From Castellaniella sp. (lineage in GTDB: Bacteria; Pseudomonadota; Gammaproteobacteria; Burkholderiales; Burkholderiaceae_B), in contig DASSTS010000050.1 in NCBI GenBank assembly GCA_035707805.1, forward strand, positions 15,492-79,491: DNA of 64,000 nt, read 5' to 3'. A program made the position numbers and the translations under genes. This document shows positions 41,839-51,894 of the stretch, one piece after another; position 1 is the stretch's first letter; the number at the start of each line of letters is the position of its first letter. The notes under the pieces were generated by a model. That model was not told where the DNA came from. It ran no database searches and was given only the letters and a program-made list of their open reading frames with translations.

Positions 41839-43079
41839 GTCGGGGACTCCTGGAGCGCCAGCGTCATGACCCAGGCGTCTTCGCGCGCCCCGTGCGCGGC
41901 CGGGTAATAGCCGCGGCGCAGGCCCAGCTGGCGGAATCCGTGGCGTTGGTAGAACTGGACGGCCTGGGTATTGCTGGGCCGCACCTCCAGGGTCAGCGCC
42001 GGCAGGCCGACTTGGCGGCAATGGGCCACGCACTGGCGCAGCAGCTCGGCTCCCACGCCCTGGCGCTGGCTGTCCGGGCGCACGCCGATGACCAGCAGGT
42101 GTGCCATGTCGGGCGTATCCATGACCAGGGCGAAGCCCAGCATCGCGCCCAGGCGGCGCACCACCCAGCCCCGGTATCCCGCCGCCACCCCGTCGGCGAA
42201 ATTCCCGCGGGTCCAGGGAAAAGACTGGACCTGCCGCTCGATGGCGGCCACCTCGTCCACATCGGACATGCCCATGTCGTGGATCGACCAGCGCGCCGCA
42301 TCGGCCTGCGGATTGCCGCCCAGGCCTTGAGCGCGCTCGACGGTGGTGTAGGCGACCTTGTCGCGCACGTACGCGGGCGCGGCCAGCGCGGCATCCAGGC
42401 CCCGTCCATGCCGCCAGTCCCGGGCGGCCAGGCGCGCCACGGTGGCGGCGTGCGCGCGCACCGGTCCGTCACCGTCCACCGGAGGACAGGCCGCCCCCAG
42501 CGCCTCGAGCTCGTCGGCCAGACCGGGAAACGCCGTCAGCGCATCGCCGTGGACCGACCAGCCGCCTCCCGCGCGCATGGCCCAGTCCGCGGATGCCTCC
42601 GCCACCCAGGCAGCGACATCGTCCCTGCCCAGCAGGGCCGGCGCCTGCAGCGTGGTCCAGTCTTCGCCCGCGCACAGGTAGGCGGCCACGTACAGTTCCT
42701 GCATGCGGGCGTCCTGCGCCACGACGTGCACGCCCGCCGGGTCCTGGCCGGCCTGCTCGACGGCGATCGCGCACAGCGAATCCACCGGCAGGACGGGAAT
42801 CTCCAGCGCGACGGCCAGGCCCTGGGCGACGCCGCAGGCGACCCGCAGGCCCGTGAATCCGCCCGGCCCCTGGCCGAAGGCGATCGCCGAGAGGTCCGCC
42901 CGCCCCACGCCGGCCTGGTCCAGCAGGCGCTGGGCCAGCGGCAGGATCTGCTCGGCGTGCTCCTGGCGCCCCTCGTGCTGCGCGGCGACGAGCGTCACGC
43001 GGCCGCCCGCCTGCGACAGCAGCGCGACACTGCACAATGTGCTTGAAGTTTCAAACGCAAGAATGTGAAAATCGTCCAT
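41835..43079 (-). CDS. tsaB-rimI: TsaB (t6A biosynthesis)-RimI (GNAT acetyltransferase) fusion
   Basis: N-terminal ETSS, GPGGFTGLR, DARMQE and PAYVR; C-terminal FPWT, QRQGVG, LEVRPSN and RRGYY...EDA, all in one ORF. Confidence 0.9.
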   Translation of the reverse strand: MDDFHILAFETSSTLCSVALLSQAGGRVTLVAAQHEGRQEHAEQILPLAQRLLDQAGVGRADLSAIAFGQGPGGFTGLRVACGVAQGLAVALEIPVLPVDSLCAIAVEQAGQDPAGVHVVAQDARMQELYVAAYLCAGEDWTTLQAPALLGRDDVAAWVAEASADWAMRAGGGWSVHGDALTAFPGLADELEALGAACPPVDGDGPVRAHAATVARLAARDWRHGRGLDAALAAPAYVRDKVAYTTVERAQGLGGNPQADAARWSIHDMGMSDVDEVAAIERQVQSFPWTRGNFADGVAAGYRGWVVRRLGAMLGFALVMDTPDMAHLLVIGVRPDSQRQGVGAELLRQCVAHCRQVGLPALTLEVRPSNTQAVQFYQRHGFRQLGLRRGYYPAAHGAREDAWVMTLALQESPT

Positions 43080-43296
43080 GGCGCGATCATTTTAATGGAG
43101 GAGTTCCCCCAGCCGGATCCCGAGACACGCGCCGTCTCCCGATCGGTCCACAAGCCGGCGCCCCACGCGGCAAACGGCCGTCTCCACGCCCAGGGGCGCA
43201 GACCCGGAGACGGCCGTTCGACAACCAAACGCTTATTGTGTAATTTGTTGTGATAAACCGCTGGTGCAGCTTTCCCGACCCTGTTACATTTTCCTC

Positions 43297-44031
43297 ATGA
43301 ACACACATAACCAGACCCTCATCCGCAAGATCCTGATCGTCGACGACGATCCGCGCTTGCGCGACCTGTTGCGGCGTTATCTGTCCGAGCAGGGCTTCAA
43401 TGTCTACGTCGCGGAAGACGCGAAGGAAATGGCCAAGCTCTGGCAACGCGAGCATTTCGACCTGCTGGTGCTCGACCTCATGCTGCCGGGCGAAGACGGG
43501 CTGTCGATCTGCCGCCGGCTGCGGGGCAACCACGACAACACCCCCATCATCATGCTCACCGCCAAGGCCGAGGAGATCGACCGGATCGTGGGCCTGGAAA
43601 TGGGCGCTGACGATTATCTGACAAAACCCTTCAACCCCCGCGAGCTGCTGGCGCGCGTCAACGCCATCCTGCGCCGGCGCGGCACCGAAGAACACCCCGG
43701 CGCCCCCAGCCAGGAAAACGAATCCATCGAGTTCGGCCCGTACGTGCTCAATCTGTCCACGCGCACCCTGATGAAAAGCGGCGAATCCGTGCCCATCACC
43801 ACGGGCGAGTTTTCCGTGCTCAAGGTCTTCGCCCGCCACCCCAAGGTCCCGCTGTCGCGCGACAAGCTCATGGAACTCGCCCGGGGACGCGAATACGAGG
43901 CCTTCGACCGCAGTCTCGACGTGCAGATCTCGCGCCTGCGCAAGCTCATCGAACCCAACCCGTCCAAGCCGGTGTTCATCCAGACGGTGTGGGGGCTGGG
44001 CTATGTCTTCGTGCCCGACGGCGGCCAATAA
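43297..44031 (+). CDS. risA: OmpR-family response regulator RisA
   Basis: KILIVDDDPRLRDLLRRYL, DLMLPGEDG, DRSLDVQISRLRK and IQTVWGLGY; Bordetella-like context. Confidence 0.88.
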   Translation: MNTHNQTLIRKILIVDDDPRLRDLLRRYLSEQGFNVYVAEDAKEMAKLWQREHFDLLVLDLMLPGEDGLSICRRLRGNHDNTPIIMLTAKAEEIDRIVGLEMGADDYLTKPFNPRELLARVNAILRRRGTEEHPGAPSQENESIEFGPYVLNLSTRTLMKSGESVPITTGEFSVLKVFARHPKVPLSRDKLMELARGREYEAFDRSLDVQISRLRKLIEPNPSKPVFIQTVWGLGYVFVPDGGQ

Positions 44032-44073
44032 TCCTTGCGCCCGCGGACGCTGGCGCCGCGGGCCGTCTTCCTC

Positions 44074-45465
44074 ATGACGCTCGTCAAGCGACTGCGGCGC
44101 ACCATCCTGCCCAGGCTGCGCCTGGGCCTGTTCACCCGGTCCTTCCTGCTGATCGCCTTCCTGATGCTGATCAGCCTGGGGGCCTGGCTGCAGATCGTCT
44201 TCAACATGGAGGAAGGCCCGCGCGCCGTGCAGCTGGCCCAGCGGATCGCCACCACGGTCAGCATCACCCGCTCGGCCCTGGTCTACGCGCCGGCGAAAGT
44301 CCGCCCGGCGCTGCTGCTGGACCTCGCCACCCAGGAAAGCCTGCGCGTGCAGCCGCGCGAATCCACCGACGTGCTCGAGCCCCTGCCGCACAACGCCTAC
44401 TGGAACAACGTCTCGACGGAGATCCGCAACCGCCTGGGCTCCCAGACGGCCATGATGTGGGCCGTCAACCAGGTGCCGGGCATCTGGATCAGCTTCCATA
44501 TCGACGACAAGATGTACTGGCTGGTCTTCGACCGCGACCAGTTGCGGCTGACCTCCGGCCGGGAATGGCTGGGCTGGGTGGCCGCCTCGCTGATGCTGGC
44601 GCTGCTGGGCGCGGCGATCAGCGTGCGCTTCATCAACCACCCGCTCGCACAACTGGCCAAGGTCGCCCAGCAGCTCGCCAGGGGGCAGACCCCGACCCCC
44701 CTGCCCGAAAAAGGCCCGGTCGAGATCCGCGACATGAACATCGCCTTCAACCGGATGGCGCGCGACCTGCGGCAGAACGAGGCGGACCGCGAGATCATGC
44801 TGGCCGGGATCTCGCACGACCTGCGCACGCCGCTGGCCCGCATCCGCCTGGAAATCGAGATGAGCCACATGAGCGACGAGGCCCGCCAGGCCATCGACGA
44901 CGATCTGGCCCAGATCAACCACAGCATCGGCCAGCTGATGGAATACGCCCGGCCGGCCGGGCAGGTCCCCGAAGCCGGCATCGACGTCTCGCGCGTGCTG
45001 GAAGACCTCGCCGAGCGTGAACGCACGCACACCGAATCCCTGGGCGGCGATCTGCAGGCGGGCATCGAGCCCGGCCTGCAGGCGCGCATCAGCGCCAACG
45101 ATCTCAAGCGCATCGTCAGCAACCTGATCGAGAACGCCCGCCGCTACGGCCGCAGCGCCAGCGACGACCGCGCGCACATCACGCTGCGCGCCTACCAGAG
45201 CGGCAACCTGCTGCGCATCGAGGTCCAGGACCGCGGCGCGGGCATCCCGCATGCCGACGTGCAGCGGCTGCTGCGGCCCTTCGCGCGCGGCGAAAGCGCC
45301 CGCACCGGGGTCAGCGGCGCGGGGCTGGGGCTGTCGATCGTCGAGCGCCTCCTGGGCCAGGTCGGCGGCAAGTTCGAGCTCGTGTCCCAGCCCACCCAGG
45401 GCCTGCTCGCGCGCATCGAAATCCCCAAGTCCAAGGCCAGACCGACCGACAAGGCCATGGCGTAG
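44074..45465 (+). CDS. risS: EnvZ-like sensor histidine kinase RisS
   Basis: Two TM segments, HAMP domain, H-box SHDLRTPL, N-box NARRYG, G-boxes DRGAG and GLGL. Confidence 0.87.
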   Translation: MTLVKRLRRTILPRLRLGLFTRSFLLIAFLMLISLGAWLQIVFNMEEGPRAVQLAQRIATTVSITRSALVYAPAKVRPALLLDLATQESLRVQPRESTDVLEPLPHNAYWNNVSTEIRNRLGSQTAMMWAVNQVPGIWISFHIDDKMYWLVFDRDQLRLTSGREWLGWVAASLMLALLGAAISVRFINHPLAQLAKVAQQLARGQTPTPLPEKGPVEIRDMNIAFNRMARDLRQNEADREIMLAGISHDLRTPLARIRLEIEMSHMSDEARQAIDDDLAQINHSIGQLMEYARPAGQVPEAGIDVSRVLEDLAERERTHTESLGGDLQAGIEPGLQARISANDLKRIVSNLIENARRYGRSASDDRAHITLRAYQSGNLLRIEVQDRGAGIPHADVQRLLRPFARGESARTGVSGAGLGLSIVERLLGQVGGKFELVSQPTQGLLARIEIPKSKARPTDKAMA

Positions 45466-45510
45466 AATGAAGGGGCGGCCCTCCCGGCCGCCCATCACTC
45501 AGGAGCCCCG

Positions 45511-46059
45511 ATGAAAACCATAGGCGACAAGCTCGAGGCCTTCCGCGTCACCGGCGTCAAACCCGGTTTCAATCAGCACGAGGAAAACGGCGTTTCCGCA
45601 TTCGAGGACATCACCGAATCCTCCTTCCCCGGCAAATGGAAGGTCATCTATTTCTACCCCAAGGACTTCACCCTGGTCTGCCCCACCGAGATCATCGGTT
45701 TCAATGCGCTGGCCGATGCCTTCGAGGAACGCGATGCGATCCTGATGGGCGGGTCCACCGACAATGAATACGTAAAACTCGCCTGGCGGCGGGAAAACCC
45801 CGAACTCAGCAAGCTGAACCACTACCAGTTCAGCGACACGACGGGTGCGCTCATCGACCAGCTGGGCATCCGCGAGAAATCCGAGGGCGTGGCCCTGCGC
45901 GCGACCTTCATCGCCGATCCGGACAACATCATCCAGCACGTCTCGGTCAACAATTTCAACGTGGGCCGCAGCCCCGAAGAAACCCTGCGCATCCTGGATG
46001 CGCTGCAGACCGAGGGGCTGTGCGCCTGCAACCGCGCCCTCGGGGGCGCGACGCTGTAG
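45511..46059 (+). CDS. ahpC: Peroxiredoxin AhpC (2-Cys)
   Basis: FYPKDFTLVCPTE peroxidatic motif, GRS, C-terminal LCACN; GGAG RBS. Confidence 0.92.
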   Translation: MKTIGDKLEAFRVTGVKPGFNQHEENGVSAFEDITESSFPGKWKVIYFYPKDFTLVCPTEIIGFNALADAFEERDAILMGGSTDNEYVKLAWRRENPELSKLNHYQFSDTTGALIDQLGIREKSEGVALRATFIADPDNIIQHVSVNNFNVGRSPEETLRILDALQTEGLCACNRALGGATL

Positions 46060-46073
46060 CGCCCTTCCCCGCC

Positions 46074-46095
46074 CATCCGGCGCCCGCGCCGGATG
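46074..46095. terminator. Hairpin between convergent ahpC and ispF
   Basis: CATCCGGCGC-CC-GCGCCGGATG, a perfect 10-bp inverted repeat. Confidence 0.55.
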
Positions 46096-46099
46096 CGGC

Positions 46100-46591
46100 T
46101 CAGCGCCGCGCCAGCAGCGCGGCGGCGCTGGCGGCGATGCCTTCGCCCCGCCCCAGATAACCCAGGCCCTCGTTGGTCTTGGCCTTGACGTTCACGTCCG
46201 CCGGATCGATTCCCAGCGCCTGCGCGATGCAGGCGGCCATGGCGGCCGCATGGGGCCCGATCCTGGGCGCCTGGGCATGGACGGTGGCATCCACGTTCAC
46301 GACTTCCCAGCCGGCCTCGCCGGCCAGGCGGCCCGCCTCCCTCAGGAACATCCGGCTGTCGGCGCCCGCCCAGCGCGGATCGCGGTCCGAGAAGTGCCGT
46401 CCGATGTCGCCCAGGCCCGCGCCGCCCAGGATGGCGTCGGTCACCGCGTGCAGCAGCACGTCGGCGTCCGAATGGCCGGCCAGGCCGCGCTCGTACGGGA
46501 TCTCGACCCCGCCGATGATGAGGGGCCGGCCGGCCACCAGCACGTGCAGGTCATGGCCCTGGCCGACGCGGAAGGGAAAGCGATTGCTCAT
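46100..46591 (-). CDS. ispF: 2-C-methyl-D-erythritol 2,4-cyclodiphosphate synthase
   Basis: GQGHDLH, GHSDADV, GDIGRHF and KAKTNEGLG motifs. Confidence 0.96.
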   Translation of the reverse strand: MSNRFPFRVGQGHDLHVLVAGRPLIIGGVEIPYERGLAGHSDADVLLHAVTDAILGGAGLGDIGRHFSDRDPRWAGADSRMFLREAGRLAGEAGWEVVNVDATVHAQAPRIGPHAAAMAACIAQALGIDPADVNVKAKTNEGLGYLGRGEGIAASAAALLARR

Positions 46592-47304
46592 GAATGCGGC
46601 TCCTGTCCGTCATCCTGGCTGCGCAACCAGGACTCGAACCACTCGAAGTCCTCGGGCCAGGTCAGTTTCTCGTTGCGGCGGCTGCCGGGCACCAGCAGCG
46701 GAGGGCGTCCTCCGGACAGCTCCACGGCCGAGGCCTCGTCCGTCACCCGCTCGTCCCGGGCCGAGGCCTCCAGGGCGGCGCGCAATTCGTCCGCGCGAAA
46801 CATCTGCGGCGTCTGCGCCAGCCAAAGACCGTCCCGAGACAGGGTGCGTCCGACCCGCCGGCCGGCGACGGCCTGCTTGACCGTGTCGGCGACGGGCAGG
46901 GCCAGCAGGCCGCCCAGGTCCTCTTGCAGGCAGGCGTCGATCAGCCGCGCCAGGGCGTCGGCCGGCAGGCCCGGGCGCGCGGCATCGTGGACCAGCACCC
47001 AGGCGCCGGGCGCCAGGGCGGCGTCCCGCAGGGCCGCGCGCACCGTCGCCGCCCGGGTGGGGCCGCCGCAAGGCCGCCACACGGTGCGCGGCAGGCCGTC
47101 GAGCGCCTGCGCCACCCAGGGATCGCCCGCCGTCACCGCGACGCGAACCTGGGCGATGCGCGGCTCGGCCAGCAGGGCGCGGACCGCGCGGCGCAGCATC
47201 GGCTCGCCGCGCAGGGCGCGATACTGCTTGGGCACGCCGTCCGGGGCGCCGGCGCGCGAACCCGTGCCGGCGGCCGGCACCAGGGCGATCAGAGGAGTCT
47301 CCAT
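46588..47304 (-). CDS. ispD: 2-C-methyl-D-erythritol 4-phosphate cytidylyltransferase
   Basis: AAGTGSR, PKQY, VHDAARP, QTPQMF and TDEAS motifs. Confidence 0.95.
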   Translation of the reverse strand: METPLIALVPAAGTGSRAGAPDGVPKQYRALRGEPMLRRAVRALLAEPRIAQVRVAVTAGDPWVAQALDGLPRTVWRPCGGPTRAATVRAALRDAALAPGAWVLVHDAARPGLPADALARLIDACLQEDLGGLLALPVADTVKQAVAGRRVGRTLSRDGLWLAQTPQMFRADELRAALEASARDERVTDEASAVELSGGRPPLLVPGSRRNEKLTWPEDFEWFESWLRSQDDGQEPHS

Positions 47305-47474
47305 GAGGGCGGATTTTAGCCGAGCGGGGAGCCCGCCCGCGCGCCCCGCCTCCCCGGCATCCCGGTCGCGCATTCAAACCCGAGTCTTTATACTGTCGCC
47401 CAGGCCCGGAAAACCGCCGGCGGCGCGACGCAGCACCGCCCGCCCCCGCCGGCCGAACCGGATCCACGCCCCCC

Positions 47475-50400
47475 ATGCAAGACAGCCCTGCCCGCATCCC
47501 GTCCCCGAACCTGCCTTCCCTCGATGCCACCCTGGACGCCCTGAAACCCGGGCAGCGCCACGCACAGCCCCGGCCGCCCGGATCCGGCGATGCGCTGTGG
47601 CTGGCCGCCCTGAGCCGGCGCGCGGGGCGGCCGCTGGCGGCGTTCTGCGCCGATCCCCTGGCCGCCCAGCGCCTGGCCGAGGAGATCGGGCTGTTCGATC
47701 CCGAACTGCGGGTGCGCTTCCTGCCCGACTGGGAAACGCTGCCCTATGACAGTTTCTCGCCCCACCAGGACCTGATCTCCGAACGCCTGCGCACACTGCA
47801 CGCGCTGGGCCAGGGTACCGTCGACATCCTGGTGGTGCCGGTCACCACGGCCCTGACGCGGCTGGCGCCGCCCGAGTTCCTCGCTGCCTATACCTTCCGG
47901 TTCCGCCAGGGCGATACCCTCGACGAAGACCGGCTGCGCGCGCAACTGACGCTGGCCAACTACAGCCACGTCACCCAGGTCGGCGCCCCTGGCGAATTCT
48001 GCATCCGCGGCGGCCTGATCGACCTGTTCCCCATGGGCTCGACCCTGCCCTACCGCATCGACCTGTTCGACCGCGAGATCGAATCCATCCGCAGTTTCGA
48101 CATCGACACCCAGCGCAGCCTGTATCCGGTACGCGAGATCGAGCTGCTGCCCGGACGCGAATTCCCCATGGACGAGGCGGCGCGCAACCGGTTCCGGGCG
48201 CGTTTCCGCGAGCTGTTCGAAGGCGATCCGTCCCGGGCGCTGCCCTACAAGGACATCGGCAACGGCATCGCCTTTGCCGGCATTGAGTACTACCTGCCGC
48301 TGTTTTTCGAGCAGACCGCCACCCTGTTCGACTACCTGCCCGACGAGACGCTGGCCGTGACCCTGGGCGATGCGCCCGCCGCCATCAGCCGGTTCACCCA
48401 GGATGCGCACAACCGCTGGCAGTTCCTGAAGTCGGATCCGGAGCGGCCGGTGCTGCCGCTGGACATGCTGTTCCTGGACGACGAGGGCTTTCACGCCGGC
48501 CTGCGCCGGATGGCCCGCCTGGCCCTGGTCAACGACCAGCCCCACCCCGATTTCGCGCCCTGTCCCGACGTGGCCGTCAACCGGCGGGCCGACGACCCCC
48601 TGGCCGGCCTGCGCCGCCACCTGGACGCCAGCGGCTTGCGCACCGCGATCTGCGTGGATTCCGCCGGCCGCCGCGAGACCATTGCCGAACTGCTGAGCGA
48701 TTACCGTCTCAAGCCCGACGCGGCCTTCGACACCTGGCAGGACTACCTGGACAGCGACGCCCGCTTCGCGCTGATCGTCGCGCCCCTGACCGGCGGCTTC
48801 CTGATGCCGCCGGCGGGCCTGGCCATCCTGACCGAGAACGACCTGTATCCCGCCCAGGCGGCCCGGCCCGTCCGCAGCCGCCGCCACCGGTTCGAGCAGC
48901 GCAGCAACGTCGACGCCATGGTGCGCGACCTGGCCGAGCTGCACGTGGGCGACCCGGTGGTGCACGTCCAGCACGGCATCGGCCGCTACCGCGGCCTGGT
49001 CAGCATGGACCTGGGCGACGGCCCCATCGAGCTGCTGCACCTGGAATACGCCCAGGACGCCACGCTGTACGTGCCGGTCTCGCAATTGCACCTGATCGCC
49101 CGCTACAGCGGCGCGGATCCCGACCAGGCCCCCCTGCATCCGCTGGGGTCGGGCCAGTGGGAAAAAACGCGCCGCAAGGCCGCGCGTCAGGCCCGCGACA
49201 CGGCCGCCGAGCTGCTGGCCCTGTACGCCAGCCGCGCCGCGCGCGAGGGCCTGCGCTTCCAGTTCCCGGCCCGCGACTACCAGGCCTTCGCGGAAGGCTT
49301 CGGCTTCGAGGAGACCCCCGACCAGGCGGCCGCCATCATGGCCGTCATCCAGGACATGACCTCCGGGCGCCCCATGGACCGGCTGGTCTGCGGCGACGTG
49401 GGCTTCGGCAAGACCGAGGTTGCGCTGCGGGCCGCCTTCCTGGCGGTCATGAACGGACGCCAGGTCGCCCTGCTGTGCCCCACGACGCTGCTGGCCGAGC
49501 AGCACGCGCAGAACTTCGCCACCCGCTTTGCCGACTGGCCCGTGCGCATCGCCGAGCTGTCGCGCTTTCGCACCGGCAAGGAAACCGCCCGCGCCATCGA
49601 AGGCCTGGCCGACGGATCGGTGGACATCGTCATCGGCACGCACAAGCTGCTGTCCAAGGACGTGCGCTACAAGCAGCTGGGCCTGGTCATCATCGACGAG
49701 GAGCACCGCTTCGGCGTGCGCCAGAAAGAGGCGCTGAAGGCCCTGCGGGCCGAGGTCGACGTGCTGACCCTGACCGCCACCCCGATCCCCCGCACCCTGG
49801 GCATGTCGCTGGAAGGCATCCGCGATTTTTCCGTCATCGCCACCGCCCCGCAAAAGCGTCTGGCGATCAAGACCTTCGTGCGCCGCGAGGATGGCAGCAC
49901 CATCCGCGAAGCCATCCTGCGCGAGCTCAAGCGCGGCGGCCAGGTCTATTTCCTGCACAACGAGGTGGAGACCATCCACAACCGCCGCGCCCGGCTGGAA
50001 GAGCTGGTGCCCGAGGCCCGCATCGCCGTGGCCCACGGCCAGATGGGCGAGCGCGAGCTGGAAGAGGTCATGAAGAGCTTCTACCAGCAGCGCAGCAACG
50101 TGCTGCTGTGCACCACCATCATCGAGACCGGCATCGACATCCCCTCGGCCAACACCATCATCATCCACCGCGCCGACAAGCTCGGGCTGGCGCAGCTGCA
50201 TCAGTTGCGCGGCCGGGTCGGGCGCTCCCACCACCAGGCCTACGCCTATCTGCTCACGCCGGGCGAGGACGCCATCACCGCCAACGCCAAGAAACGCCTG
50301 GAGGCCATCCAGTCCATGGAGGAACTGGGCGCCGGATTCTTCCTGGCCATGCACGACCTGGAGATCCGCGGCAGCGGCGAGGTGCTGGGCGAGTCACAGT

Positions 50401-50954
50401 CGGGCAACATCCAGGAGATCGGCTACAGCCTGTACAACGACATGCTGGCCGCCGCCGTGCGGGCGCTGAAATCCGGCGAGGAGCCGGACCTGGACGCACC
50501 CTTCGGCACCCAGTGCGAGGTCAATCTGCACGCCCCCGCCCTGCTGCCCTCGGACTACTGCGCCGACGTGCAGGCCCGCCTCGGCCTGTACAAGCGGCTG
50601 GCGCACGCCGCCGACGCCGACACGCTGACCGCGATCCAGGAAGAACTGATCGACCGCTATGGCAAGCTGCCCGAGGCCGGCCAGACCCTGCTGTCCCTGC
50701 ACCGCCTGCGCCTGCTGGCCGAATCCCTGGGCATCATCAAGATCGACGCCGGTGAATCGCAAGCGTCCATCCAGTTCTCCGCCCAGCCCAAGGTCGAACC
50801 CCTGCGGGTGATCGAACTGGTGCAGCAGGACCGCCAGGTGCGCCTGAACGGCCCCGACCGCCTGAAGGTCGCCTTCGGCGGCGCGGTGGACGTGCCCGGC
50901 CGCGTGCAGAAACTGCGCGGCCTGCTGAAACGGCTGGGCGGGGCTTCCGCGTAA
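47475..50954 (+). CDS. mfd: Transcription-repair coupling factor
   Basis: WETLPYD, GDVGFGKTEV, DEEHRFG, TATPIPRT, QLRGRVGR and TRCF C-terminal domain. Confidence 0.97.
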   Translation: MQDSPARIPSPNLPSLDATLDALKPGQRHAQPRPPGSGDALWLAALSRRAGRPLAAFCADPLAAQRLAEEIGLFDPELRVRFLPDWETLPYDSFSPHQDLISERLRTLHALGQGTVDILVVPVTTALTRLAPPEFLAAYTFRFRQGDTLDEDRLRAQLTLANYSHVTQVGAPGEFCIRGGLIDLFPMGSTLPYRIDLFDREIESIRSFDIDTQRSLYPVREIELLPGREFPMDEAARNRFRARFRELFEGDPSRALPYKDIGNGIAFAGIEYYLPLFFEQTATLFDYLPDETLAVTLGDAPAAISRFTQDAHNRWQFLKSDPERPVLPLDMLFLDDEGFHAGLRRMARLALVNDQPHPDFAPCPDVAVNRRADDPLAGLRRHLDASGLRTAICVDSAGRRETIAELLSDYRLKPDAAFDTWQDYLDSDARFALIVAPLTGGFLMPPAGLAILTENDLYPAQAARPVRSRRHRFEQRSNVDAMVRDLAELHVGDPVVHVQHGIGRYRGLVSMDLGDGPIELLHLEYAQDATLYVPVSQLHLIARYSGADPDQAPLHPLGSGQWEKTRRKAARQARDTAAELLALYASRAAREGLRFQFPARDYQAFAEGFGFEETPDQAAAIMAVIQDMTSGRPMDRLVCGDVGFGKTEVALRAAFLAVMNGRQVALLCPTTLLAEQHAQNFATRFADWPVRIAELSRFRTGKETARAIEGLADGSVDIVIGTHKLLSKDVRYKQLGLVIIDEEHRFGVRQKEALKALRAEVDVLTLTATPIPRTLGMSLEGIRDFSVIATAPQKRLAIKTFVRREDGSTIREAILRELKRGGQVYFLHNEVETIHNRRARLEELVPEARIAVAHGQMGERELEEVMKSFYQQRSNVLLCTTIIETGIDIPSANTIIIHRADKLGLAQLHQLRGRVGRSHHQAYAYLLTPGEDAITANAKKRLEAIQSMEELGAGFFLAMHDLEIRGSGEVLGESQSGNIQEIGYSLYNDMLAAAVRALKSGEEPDLDAPFGTQCEVNLHAPALLPSDYCADVQARLGLYKRLAHAADADTLTAIQEELIDRYGKLPEAGQTLLSLHRLRLLAESLGIIKIDAGESQASIQFSAQPKVEPLRVIELVQQDRQVRLNGPDRLKVAFGGAVDVPGRVQKLRGLLKRLGGASA

Positions 50955-51002
50955 GCGCTCACAGACAAGACTGTCCCGTTACCCCCATGTGCCTGATAAG
51001 GA

Positions 51003-51024
51003 CGGGCATGCTGACGCATGTCCG
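51003..51024 (+). terminator. Hairpin after mfd
   Basis: CGGGCATGC-TGAC-GCATGTCCG (one G-U pair). Confidence 0.4.
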
Positions 51025-51046
51025 CCCGAATTGCGGCCATTTATTT

Positions 51047-51060
51047 CCCAACCGTTTGGG
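51047..51060 (+). promoter_or_regulatory. Palindrome, putative operator of the DUF4160/DUF2442 pair
   Basis: CCCAA-CCGT-TTGGG directly upstream of the AGGAG RBS. Confidence 0.45.
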
Positions 51061-51072
51061 TTTAGGAGTACC

Positions 51073-51321
51073 ATGAGCACAATCCTCAGGTTCCAGGGTT
51101 ATAGGGTCGTCATTTATGCCAACGATCATCGACCTCCCCACATCCATGTCATCGGTGACGATTCCGAGGCCATCTTCCGGCTCAACTGTCCCCATGGGCC
51201 ACTGGAACCAGCCAGGATCGTCCGACTGGCGCATCACCGCTTATTGCAGATCCAACGGCGACTGGAAACGCACATTCACTTGCTATGCTGGCACTGGAGA
51301 CTGATCCATGACGACGCCTGA
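51073..51321 (+). CDS. DUF4160 family protein (putative toxin)
   Basis: 82 aa; G(Y)RVVIYANDHRPPHIHV signature; AGGAG RBS. Confidence 0.82.
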   Translation: MSTILRFQGYRVVIYANDHRPPHIHVIGDDSEAIFRLNCPHGPLEPARIVRLAHHRLLQIQRRLETHIHLLCWHWRLIHDDA

Positions 51322-51715
51322 CTCCTACCTTGCCCATGGCGAGGATCCGGTTCCGGACACGGGTTACGCAGAGTCCGCGCATTACGACACTGCCTCGCAG
51401 CGGGTGGCGATCACGCTGCGTCATGGGCTCGAATTGATGATTCCGGTTCACCTGCTGCAAGGCTTGGCAGACGCGCCGCCCACATCCCTGTCCCGTATCG
51501 AGATCAGCCCTGCCGGTACCGGCCTGTACTGGCCCGATCTGGACGTCGACCTTTACATCCCTTCATTGATCCAGGGGCTATTCGGCACACGCCGCTGGAT
51601 GGCCAGCCTGATGGGCCAAGCCGGCGGCCGCTCACAGTCCGCCGCCAAGGCCCGGGCCGCACGCGCCAATGGCCGCAAGGGCGGACGGCCGCGCAAGCGG
51701 CCGGACGGCATCTGA
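51308..51715 (+). CDS. DUF2442 family protein (putative antitoxin) with a basic C-terminal tail
   Basis: GTGLYWPDLDVDL signature; tail AARANGRKGGRPRK; overlaps the DUF4160 gene. Confidence 0.82.
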   Translation: MTTPDSYLAHGEDPVPDTGYAESAHYDTASQRVAITLRHGLELMIPVHLLQGLADAPPTSLSRIEISPAGTGLYWPDLDVDLYIPSLIQGLFGTRRWMASLMGQAGGRSQSAAKARAARANGRKGGRPRKRPDGI

Positions 51716-51820
51716 CTGCGGACTCGCCGCCGGATCCTGCGCCGGCCGCCCACGTCGACCCGCCACGCGTAGCGCCAGCAACGACGCGGGTTTTCGATCG
51801 TGCGATTCTCTTGAAATCAA

Positions 51821-51877
51821 TTGTATTGTGAACGATTCGTGTTTAGAATTCGTCAATCAATTGAGAATGATTTTCAT
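51821..51877 (+). promoter_or_regulatory. sigma70 promoter plus Fur box of TBDR1
   Basis: TTGTAT-N17-TAGAAT (51821-51849); 7-1-7 box TGAGAAT-G-ATTTTCA (51862-51876). Confidence 0.8.
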
Positions 51878-51894
51878 ATCGCCAGCCTAAAACC

